64,000 nt of DNA from Eledone cirrhosa (Eukaryota). Under the pieces are notes generated by a model, which worked only from the letters and a program-made list of their open reading frames with translations, made no database searches and was not told the DNA's origin. The stretch spans positions 3,658,001 through 3,722,000 of the forward strand of contig OZ024759.1 in the NCBI GenBank assembly GCA_964016885.1, in the 5' to 3' direction. How positions within the stretch are numbered: the first letter of the stretch is position 1; the number at the start of each line of letters is the position of its first letter. The position numbers were made by a program, and so were the translations under genes. Positions 54,121 through 64,000 of this stretch are shown here, piece by piece.

Positions 54121-54273
54121 TCACTATTTAACGATCGTTTCTAGGGTATATATGTGCTATAATTGGTATGCATATTTAACAGATCTATGTACAAAATTAT
54201 ACAAAATTATACAAATTATCAAGATTAAATATACATACCTAACACATATATACGCCGTCTTCAGAAATAATGA
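54121..54273 (-). ncRNA. Type I hammerhead ribozyme motif with a greatly extended stem II
   Basis: Stem I ucauuauuu/aaauaguga, CUGAAGA, ~115-nt foldback, GAAAC-GAUC-GUU with palindromic AACGAUCGUU. Confidence 0.78.
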
Positions 54274-54499
54274 AGTATATTTATTGATAATAACAACAAT
54301 TCAAAATATCAGTTCAAAATTGACCAATGAAAACACAAAGGGTTAAAAAGCAGTTTGGTGTGTGTATATACATGTAAAACCCTACACACATTTTACAATA
54401 ATGTGTGTATAATATGTATGTGCATACTAAAAAGATGGATGCAAATAAAAAATTTCAAGGTTAATATCTCTGTAAGCTTAATGCGCTGATAAGAAACGC

Positions 54500-55042
54500 A
54501 ATGATACTTATGTAGTCAAGCATATAAATATATTTTTTTCATACTCACACATATCAGTATAATCACACATACATGTGCGTATATATATAAATATACACAT
54601 AACCACGAACACACAAACACACACACACCCCCCACTCACATTTATATATGTGGATATAAAATCATAAGCAAATAGAAATTAAGTCACTCACATAAACACA
54701 CTGGTACACACATTTCAAGATCAAGATACAGAAATTAGGTGGGAGGGGGGGGGAGGGGTCAGTATTAGGTTGTCAGACAGACAGCCTAATATAAATGTAT
54801 CTATAAATTATGAAAAATAAAAAAATAAAAACAATAAAATATATTACATATAATATAATGTACATACGCATACAGATATACATACACATACGTACATGTA
54901 CGCGCACATAGAGATATCTACACATACATACATACACACATACCTATACTGTCATACACACACATACATTTACACGAACATACACATACACATATAAAAA
55001 GATAAAAATACGGACACACACACGCGCAACACATACACACAT

Positions 55043-55097
<55 letters not shown>

Positions 55098-55212
55098 TAT
55101 ACACACACACACATAGACTCATATATATATACATACACATACATATACTTATACATAAACATATATATCCCACACTCATACCACCATGAAAACACATACA
55201 AACATCCAGATG

Positions 55213-55254
<42 letters not shown>

Positions 55255-55351
55255 AACATACACACACGTACACATATATGCATATATACATACATATATA
55301 CACACATACACATATATATATATATACACACACACATAAAATACAGACATG

Positions 55352-55382
<31 letters not shown>

Positions 55383-55474
55383 TTCATTACCCTTATATAT
55401 ACACATAGTATATATACATACACAACCTCACTTATACACATATACACATAAGTTATATTACAATAATAATAAAG

Positions 55475-55511
<37 letters not shown>

Positions 55512-55649
55512 TATACACACATATACACAATACATACATACACATACATATACATACATACATACACATACATACATACACCTAAATATAAACATATATA
55601 AATACACACATACGAATAAAGACATATATTCACACATAGACACCTATAT

Positions 55650-55695
<46 letters not shown>

Positions 55696-55782
55696 ATATA
55701 CACACACATACACATACATACACATATATATATATATACACATATATACACACGCACACACATACAGACACACATACACACT

Positions 55783-55821
<39 letters not shown>

Positions 55822-56990
55822 GAGTGTGCGCAAATACATACATATATATACACACACACATACAAACACACACAAACACATACATATGCATACATGCACA
55901 CACACACACATATATCACATAGATACGAAGATAAACATATAAATAGAGAGACATACAAATATATACAGAACCCATATACACATACATGCAAACACGCATA
56001 TACATATATACATATATACACACATATATATTCCTATATACAAGCATACACATACGCACACATATATACATATACCTACACATATATATACCACACATTC
56101 ACATACACGTACATATATAATACATATATATACATACATATACATACATATGTATGTACAATCATATATACACACTCAATCTTACATTCATATTTACATG
56201 CTCATATATGTATTTTTATATCTAGAAATAAATACCAAAAAAACTATATAGACACCCATCTACCCAAATTCATACATATACACTTACAAAAACAGATGAT
56301 AATAGTATGGGGGAAAGGGGGGGGTTTGGAGAAGGGGATCAAAGTAAATATATGTTTCAAGAAACCTATAATATTTTCCATATCTTAATTCAATGTATGT
56401 TCTTACATATTTTCAATGCTAGGAAATACGAAATCTATGCATCACAAAATAAAAAAGTATACCATTAATCATATGTCAACTAAACCAAAGATAGTCAACA
56501 TATTGATTTCCAAGGTGTAAATTAGTTAGGTTTATAATATTTGAAGCAGAATTATGAAGTCAAACAGTAGTAGATTATTAATTACATTATAACTAAATTA
56601 AAGTTAATAATAGGGAAAAGAAACCCAAATAAAAATAAAATAAAGTATTACATCGGTAGTAGCATATAAATTATATGTTAACTAAGTTAAAAATTATATA
56701 TTTATTTCAATAGTATATGTTAATTAGTATATGTTAATTAGGTATACAATACATAAAGCAGATATTGTATTTCATCAATAGCATAATATAATTATATGCA
56801 AATAAAAATCAAAATTAATACGCATACACATACATATACATACACATACACATACATATACATATACATACACATATATATATATATATATATATACATA
56901 TATATACACACATACATACATATATAGTCACATAAATATACATACAGATACACATACAATACACACATATACATATACATATAGATATAC
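54500..56990. repeat. Long compound (TA)n/(CA)n/(TACA)n microsatellite field
   Basis: Directly visible low-complexity sequence. Confidence 0.9.
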
Positions 56991-57506
56991 ATATCTTTTT
57001 CAAAAAATTTGCACAGAATATATTAACTAGGTATATATCCAAAAACACCTCCCATTCTATGATTACATGAAATTCTGCAATTCGTCTGTACAAGGATACT
57101 AATTTTAAGCAAATTAAAATTAAAATTAAAGTTTTAGGTTGATTAAAGCTAAAACCAAATAATAAATATATTTCCAAAATGTATATTAATTAGGTCAATA
57201 ATACTAAAAATTCTTTCTCCGTCATAGGATACATGATATTATTTTGTTATATTTTATCTGTAAAAGAATTATAATAAAAAAAATTTTATAATAAAAGGTT
57301 AAACTAAATTAAAAAATTATAATAAAAGGTTAAAATAAGTTAAAATTAATCTATAAATTAAATTACTGAATATATATTAGTAATATTTAAAGGTTTTTCA
57401 AAATTAATGATTACATAATATTTTCTCATCTGTAATAAAATATTAATTAAATTAAATTTATAGGTTAACTAACATTTAAATTAAATTAAATTCTAGAATA
57501 ATGTTA

Positions 57507-59948
57507 TTAATTAGGTTTATAATATTTAAATGTTTTTTTTAGTTTATGATTACACGATATAATTAATTCCTGTCTTTTATTTAATAAGATATCCCTAGAC
57601 TTCATTATTTCAAATAGTTCTTGGGAACATAATCTACATTCCTTTCTATTATTTTGATAAGGGGTGGCTCTTTTGAGCACACTCCAGGTCAAATCATATT
57701 TTATATTTTTATTTTTATAACTATTGATTTTTTCTGCTAGAGATGTTGTATTAGCCAGTGCGGCATTTTTAAAGCTATGTTTGTGGGTATTATACCTTGT
57801 CTTAAAATTGTTAGAGGTAGCTCCTATATATGAGCAAATAGAATCTTTAGTTTTAACATTACATTTATAGACTATGTTGTTAACAAGACAATTCCCTTTT
57901 AATGGGCAGTTTGTTTTGTTTCTACAGTTACATCCTTTCGTTAATTCTGTATTTGAGGAGATATTATTGTTAATTTGATGTACTGGTGGTATACTTATAG
58001 TTTTCTTACATTTATATGCATTATATGCACTTATATTTTGTTTTATGTTATTTGTTGTAGAATATGAGAATTTAACTGTAGACCTATTTAAGATTTGATG
58101 GTATTTGTGGTTTGGCGGGAAGTTTTTCTCAAGGATATAAAAAAATTTTTTAGCAATATTATCCTTAACTTGTAAATTAAAAGGAGCATTATACCAAGTA
58201 ACTCGTCTATTACGGTTTCTATGTTGTTTATTATTTTTATTATTTTTATATGTTGTATCATGATTTTTACTAGGAGGAATAATGTTAATGATCTCACCAC
58301 AACTATTTTTAGTTATATTTGTAGATTTAGGTGTTTTATCTTTTTTATTAGGAGTTTTATTATTAATATTTATTATAGTCTTATGATGAGTAGTTTTTTG
58401 AGGGTTACTATACTTTATATTAGAAGATTTAGTATTTTGGGGTATACTGTGGGTGGCATTTAGGTGTGTACCTTTCATTTGGTGTTTGTTGGTAATATTA
58501 TGCTGTATGTTTTCAGTATTTTTAGTAGAAGTTATATACTCTAATCTATTTTTGTGGCCACTTCTATCTAGAGCTTCATTATAAAAGGTCGCATTTTTAT
58601 CAAATACATCTTGGTTAGAAGAAAGGTTAGAAATTCTAAGTGATATATTATATGCAAGGTTTTTAAGGATAGATTTAGGGTGATTAGATTGTGAGTGTAT
58701 GTAATGTAAGTTTTGGTTAGGTTTATGGTAAGGTTGGTATATACCCGTAGCTAAATCTAAAGTTATATCTAGGAAATTTACTACTTTACTTGTTTTTTCA
58801 AAAGTAATATTAAGATTATAATAGTCCTTAAGGAAAGTTCTAATATGCTTTTTGTTTTTTTCGATTTCTGAAAGGCTAAGGTTGTTAGAAAGAAGAAGAC
58901 AGTCATCACGATATAAACCACCTTTGAGGTGGGGAAAAGAGGCATTTATGTTGAAAAGGAGAAAGAGGCCCACAAGATCAGTAATTTGGGCAGAATCGCT
59001 TGAACCCATAGTAATATCAAAAAGATTACTATAAGTGTTTCTGGTCCAGTATTCATTCTGAAATTCAATAAGTGTTTGTCTAGCATGTGTAATAATGTTA
59101 ATGTCATCCGAAGTTAAATTAGATCTATTTTTAGCAAATATTAATGCTTTGTTCAGGAGTATGGGTGATATAGAAGAATAATAGTTATCTATATCAAACT
59201 GTAGGAAAGAAGCAGAAGATTTACACCTAATATTTTTAAACCAATTAATTACCTGGGAGGTGTTTTCCCAGAGTGGTAAAATAACATATTTTCTTATTTG
59301 TGGGATGACTCTATCTAAAATTTTTTTGCTAATTATTCCAATATCTGATTTGGAGGGACATATAAGTCTAATAGAAGGATTAGAGTTAAAGTTAGATTTG
59401 TGATCTTTCAGGTTGAAGTGTGGACTTCTCAATGCTAAAGGTTCAGTTCTATCTTCAATATTTAGTTTTTTTACTATGTTGTGTGTTTTGTTGTTGATAT
59501 TGGTGAGTGACGCATTATTAGATTTTTTATAACTTTTTCTGAGTTCTTTATATATGAACTCATTATAATGTTCAATATCCATATGATACAAGTTACCAGT
59601 TTTGTCCGAGTGGACATGGATTTTTTTAGACTTTTTTAGGTCCAATAGGGTAGAATCAAGGTCCTTTTGAAAGACGGATTTATACTTTTTAAATTTGAGA
59701 TGTTTAATTAAATTAAAAAGGTCTTTCTCGAAGTCTTCAAGTAAAAAGTTGTGTGGTGGATTCTTGTAAGTGTTGAAATCATACATATATTTCCGATCTG
59801 CTTGTTTAGATTTTCTATCAAAGTGGTAGGCTCTCCATCTAACCCTTCTGATAAAATTATTAGTTTTCTGAATCATAAGGAGTAAGAAGTCGTCCTTAGA
59901 AGGTATTGGTATGTTTTTTAAGGAGGTTCCTAAATATTGTTTTTCCAT
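57507..59948 (-). CDS. Penelope-like reverse transcriptase / GIY-YIG endonuclease polyprotein (Naiad-type), intact
   Basis: First ATG at 59948; SLKNIP, DKT, FDIDNYYSSI, TMGS, YRDD, FLDI, CNCRNKTNCPLKGNC, IVYKC..YIG, CRLC..E, CNHK. Confidence 0.92.
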   Translation of the reverse strand: MEKQYLGTSLKNIPIPSKDDFLLLMIQKTNNFIRRVRWRAYHFDRKSKQADRKYMYDFNTYKNPPHNFLLEDFEKDLFNLIKHLKFKKYKSVFQKDLDSTLLDLKKSKKIHVHSDKTGNLYHMDIEHYNEFIYKELRKSYKKSNNASLTNINNKTHNIVKKLNIEDRTEPLALRSPHFNLKDHKSNFNSNPSIRLICPSKSDIGIISKKILDRVIPQIRKYVILPLWENTSQVINWFKNIRCKSSASFLQFDIDNYYSSISPILLNKALIFAKNRSNLTSDDINIITHARQTLIEFQNEYWTRNTYSNLFDITMGSSDSAQITDLVGLFLLFNINASFPHLKGGLYRDDCLLLSNNLSLSEIEKNKKHIRTFLKDYYNLNITFEKTSKVVNFLDITLDLATGIYQPYHKPNQNLHYIHSQSNHPKSILKNLAYNISLRISNLSSNQDVFDKNATFYNEALDRSGHKNRLEYITSTKNTENIQHNITNKHQMKGTHLNATHSIPQNTKSSNIKYSNPQKTTHHKTIININNKTPNKKDKTPKSTNITKNSCGEIINIIPPSKNHDTTYKNNKNNKQHRNRNRRVTWYNAPFNLQVKDNIAKKFFYILEKNFPPNHKYHQILNRSTVKFSYSTTNNIKQNISAYNAYKCKKTISIPPVHQINNNISSNTELTKGCNCRNKTNCPLKGNCLVNNIVYKCNVKTKDSICSYIGATSNNFKTRYNTHKHSFKNAALANTTSLAEKINSYKNKNIKYDLTWSVLKRATPYQNNRKECRLCSQELFEIMKSRDILLNKRQELIISCNHKLKKTFKYYKPN

Positions 59949-60310
59949 TGTGATATGGATGATGGACAATTGAAAGAGCTCAACTAAATGTATATGGGTT
60001 TACAAAATCATACATATATATATGTATATACATAAATATAAAATTAATACACACATACAGTACAAAAATACGAATATTTCCGTGAAAATAGGAGCAAAAT
60101 TATGTAGATAAATCTACCAAGAGTTTACGGTAGTGTCCAATCCGTATGAAGAACTCAATGTATTCCGGATATCATGGAAAGAAGAGATGTAATGAAAATC
60201 CAATTTCGGTGAAAGATAAACGGTATACAGAGTCAAGATAAAATATTAAACAAATAATGAACAAACAATTCCTTATATTAAACAAAAAAAGTTCACTATT
60301 TAACGATCGT

Positions 60311-60385
<75 letters not shown>

Positions 60386-60694
60386 TATATACACACACAC
60401 ATATATATATACACACACACATATATATACACACACATATATATACACACACATATATATACACACACATATATATATACACACATATATATATATACAT
60501 ATATATATATACACATCATCATCATCATTCTACGTCCACTTTTCCCTGCTTGCAAGGGTGGGATGGGAACTGATCCTGGCTTGATTTCTACAGCTGGATG
60601 CCCTTCCTAACACCAACCTCATTTACAGTGAGTGCTGGGTGCTTTTTTTGCCGTGGCACCTCCACGACCACTTTACAGTGGAATGATAGGGACC

Positions 60695-61176
60695 CCAGTC
60701 CATATCATCTCATTTCTACAGCTGAGTAAACTGGAGCAATGTGAAATAAAGTGTCTTGCTCAAGGAAACAACGCATCACGTGGTCTGAGAATTGAACTCA
60801 CAACCTTTCGATTGCAAGGCCAATGCTCTAACTACTAAGCCATGTGCCTCCATTCATATATATATACATATATATACACACACATATATATCTAAGTCTA
60901 AAGTCTGTCTTAAGCCAGCAGGCTCATTTGGCCGGTGCTTATACCGGTTTCATGGCGTGAAGTGAGTGGGAGTACAAGACTACCCCCTGGACAGGATGCC
61001 AGTCCATCGCAGGGTTAAACCTCCAGCTATTGCTGGTACACATTTTCAGCTGAGTAAACTGGAGCAACGTGAAATAAAGTGTCTTTCTCAAGGAAACAAC
61101 ACATCACCCGGTCCAAGAATGGAACTCACACCTTTCGATTGAAAGCCTAATGCTCTAACCACTAAGCCATGTGCCT

Positions 61177-61178
<2 letters not shown>
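60695..61178 (-). mobile_element. Two tRNA-derived SINE copies
   Basis: Reverse complement of the 5485/18355 SINE head and core. Confidence 0.78.
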
Positions 61179-61268
<90 letters not shown>

Positions 61269-61487
61269 AGTATGTATGTATGTATACATACATACATATA
61301 TGTATACAGACGTATAGTAGTATGTATATATATACATACATGCACACATATATATATGTACGTATCAGTTTACCAAACATTTATTATAATGCTCGGTTTG
61401 TTTGTTTGTAAACAAACAAACAGCCCGAATTACGCCGTACAGTGTTTAGGCAACCACGTCACCTTTTTGTTCAACACTGACACAGGA

Positions 61488-61530
61488 ATGATGTACTAGT
61501 TTCAAGCTTATTAGCTATCGTCAGCATTGT
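61488..61530 (-). ncRNA. Type I minimal hammerhead ribozyme motif
   Basis: acaaug-CUGACGA-u-agcu-aaua-agcu-u-GAAA-CUAG-UA|cauc; palindromic stem III ACUAGU. Confidence 0.75.
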
Positions 61531-62042
61531 ATACCTTCCTGCCAGATGGTTGAACGTCTGAAAGTATATACTTTCCTTATGCATATTAACGGCTGAGCAG
61601 CCTAATTTGCATATCGAGTGAGATCAGTCGGCTGGGCACACCGAAAACGATAAATGGAATAGAATGAAACGAAATTTCATTTCTCACTCTTAGTAAGGCA
61701 CTTACTTAAATGTATGTATACGTACATACATATATGTATACAGACGTACAGTAGTATGTATATATATATACATACATGCACACATATATATATGCACGTA
61801 TCGGTTTACCGAACATTTATTATAATGTTCGGTTTATTTGTTTGTAAACAAACAAACAGCCCGAATTACACCGTACAGTGTTTAGGCAACCACGTCACCT
61901 TCGTTTCATTCTATTCCATTTATCGTTTTCGGTGTGCCCGGCCGACTGAACTCACTCAATATGCAAATTAGGCTGCTCAGCCATTAATATGCATAAGGAA
62001 AGTATATACTTTCAGATGTTCAACCATCTAGCAGGAAGGTAT

Positions 62043-62085
62043 ACGGTGCTGACGATAGCTAATAAGCTTGAAATGAGTACATTGT
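62043..62085 (+). ncRNA. Type I minimal hammerhead ribozyme motif (inverted copy)
   Basis: acggug-CUGACGA-u-agcu-aaua-agcu-u-GAAA-UGAG-UA|cauugu; stem I 6 bp with 2 GU pairs. Confidence 0.75.
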
Positions 62086-62296
62086 TCCTGTGACAGTGTT
62101 GAACAAAAACGTGACGTGGTTGCCTAAACATTGTACGGCGTAATTCGGGCTGTTTACAAACAAACAAACCGGACATTATAATAAATGTTCAGTAAACCGA
62201 TACGTGCATATATATATGTGTGCATGTATGTATATATATACATACTACTGTACGTCTGTATACATATATGTATGTACGTATACATACATACATACT

Positions 62297-62371
<75 letters not shown>

Positions 62372-62536
62372 GTATATACATATATATATATATACACACA
62401 CACACACAATTATATAGAACAATAAAACATGGCACTAGATGTTCAACCCAAGACCTTATGATTGAGAACAGCACACCTGTAACCTCTAAGCTATATATCT
62501 TCACACAGACTTTCTGATAAAGACAGAAGTACCCAC

Positions 62537-62674
62537 CTGACTGACAGTTGTCTCCCCTGAAACCAGCTGCACATCCAACACTAGAACACACCCCAGATTT
62601 AATGTTGCAATGATCGTTGTCAGCACAGTAGCACAAATACTGACAGTTCAAGCCAAAATAACCCTTTTTACATT
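62537..62674 (-). CDS. Exon encoding a MEGF/SCARF-type EGF-like repeat
   Basis: Polypyrimidine-tttcAG acceptor, GTGGGT donor, 138 bp phase 1-1; [45 protein letters not shown]. Confidence 0.88.
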
Positions 62675-62799
62675 CTGAAAAAAAAAAAAAAAGAAAATAG
62701 AATTATATACACAACATATATATAAAATTATACACAATAACACATATATACAATTATACACAGCTATAACATACATATACACAATTATACATAACTATA

Positions 62800-63155
62800 A
62801 TGCCAATGTGCGTGAATGACCAAGCATAGACGAGTTGAGAAAGAAACTGGGTATAAGAGGGATAAGTTGTGGTGTGTAGGAGAGAAGGCTGAGCTGAGAT
62901 GGTATGGACATGTGATGCGCATGGAGGATGACCGCTGGGTAAAGAAGTGCCAAGAAATCCCAGTAGAAGGAAGACGCAGTAGAGGTAGACCATGAAAAAC
63001 ATGGGCGGAGGTGGTGAGAGAAGACCTCAAATTGCTGAAACTCACGGAGGAGATGACAAGGGACCGTGACGAATGAAGAGATGCCATGCTTAATAAGACC
63101 TGTCCCACCCTTGCAAGCAGGGAAAAGCGGACGTAAAATGATGATGATGATGATA
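62800..63155 (+). mobile_element. RTE LINE 3' fragment (short-3'UTR subfamily)
   Basis: WYGHVMRMEDDRWVKKC..RGRP; (GAT)n tail; the same tail appears at 25655, 49130 and 60513. Confidence 0.8.
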
Positions 63156-63159
63156 ATAA

Positions 63160-63632
63160 TAAAATTATTGTGTACAGTGCTCAGGTGCACTACAACTCAT
63201 CAATGGTGAATGTATAGTACATTAGTGAACAGACAGTGAACAGTGTATGAGTCATGAGATACACACAGACACATGCATGCGTGTGTATGGAGGGGGAATA
63301 TCAGGTGTAGTGTTGGCGCAAAAAAAAAATAAAAGGAAATGCTTACAGCACCTAGGTTTCTCAAGTGGTTTCCCATCTAAGTACTAACTAGGCTCGAGTC
63401 AAGATATATGTGTGTGTGTGTATGTATGTATGGAGGGGGAATATCAGGTGCAGGGTTGGCGAATTTCAGGCAACATGGAGGTTTTAAAGGATGCAGTGTC
63501 CCGGCAGCTAACAACTGATGCAGGTAGTTTGTTCCATGCTTCAGTGAATTTCAGGAAGCATGGAGGTTTTAAAGGATGCAGTGTCCTGGCAGCACACAAC
63601 TGATGCGGGTAGTTTGTTCCATACTTCAGCAA
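63160..63632 (-). mobile_element. CR1/L2-like LINE 3' fragment with local duplications
   Basis: EAWNKLPASVVSCRDTASFK peptide (WNxLP motif), present twice. Confidence 0.65.
63338..63398 (-). pseudogene. 5S rRNA 3'-half fragment
   Basis: gcctagttagtacttagatgggaaacc..tgagaa..ggtgctgtaagcattt matches the 3' half of eukaryotic 5S rRNA, followed by an oligo-T run. Confidence 0.82.
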
Positions 63633-64000
63633 ATTTTTATATATATTGATTGACCAACAGTTAAAAAATATAAATATAAATATAGTTTCTCAGAGTTTTT
63701 TCATCACATATCTGTGACATCATCAGTGATATTTCTATGCTTGTCATATTCCTGTGATGTTTTCTTATTCTATTTTATTTATTTGCAGTAGTTCCAACGT
63801 AAAAGACTTTCATAATAGTTGATCACTATAAATAACAGTTAGGAAAACCAGATAAAGTACATGTGGAGATAGAAAGAAGTAGACGGAGGGTCCTGTAAGG
63901 AACAGGTGCAAGTTTGCTTCCTTGCAAATACTTCTGTCTACATCTACCTTTCTCCTGAGATACTTTACTACCCACATTAACCTGTCACCTGTGGTCCATT

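Larger units (their letters stand above)
54068..60315 (-). mobile_element. Penelope-like element (Naiad-type) with a partial tandem terminal repeat, inserted in (TA)n
   Basis: Intact RT + GIY-YIG ORF; about 75 bp identical at 54068-54143 and 60241-60315; hammerhead near the 3' end; (TA)n on both flanks. Confidence 0.8.
61268..62300. repeat. ~435-bp hammerhead-containing non-coding repeat: about 1.5 tandem units plus one inverted unit (retrozyme-like)
   Basis: 61268-61463 repeats at 61712-61899 (offset 436); 61900-62300 is the reverse complement of 61268-61673; a further fragment lies at 9712-9847. Confidence 0.85.

Noticed and set aside
54918-57177. Tyr/Ile/Cys/Val-rich ORFs
   Set aside because: Translations of (TA)n/(CA)n microsatellites

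Overview
AT-rich, microsatellite-laden eukaryotic DNA, most consistent with a coleoid cephalopod (octopus-like) genome. The basis is HCDIC-type C2H2 fingers, (GAT)n-tailed RTE LINEs and abundant tRNA-derived SINEs; this is inference, not a database result. The window appears to be almost entirely intronic. Four small phase-1/phase-1 exons of a minus-strand EGF-repeat plus fucolectin/F5-8-like gene lie at about 62.6, 7.3, 6.0 and 5.2 kb. Between them are nested mobile elements: a Tx1/L1-like LINE, several RTE LINEs, an internally deleted Gypsy element, a Helitron with a head-to-tail mini copy, Penelope-like (Naiad-type) elements including one intact ORF, and piggyBac, hAT and Tc1 MITEs. There are also five tandem arrays, two of which can be traced to the transposons they came from. 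The most notable non-coding signal is a set of five type I hammerhead ribozyme motifs read directly from the sequence: two in a ~435-bp non-coding tandem/inverted repeat resembling a retrozyme (61.3-62.3 kb), one with a ~115-nt stem II at the 3' end of the intact Penelope-like element, and two covarying copies at 30.2 and 31.4 kb. All structures were paired by eye, and repeat boundaries are approximate.
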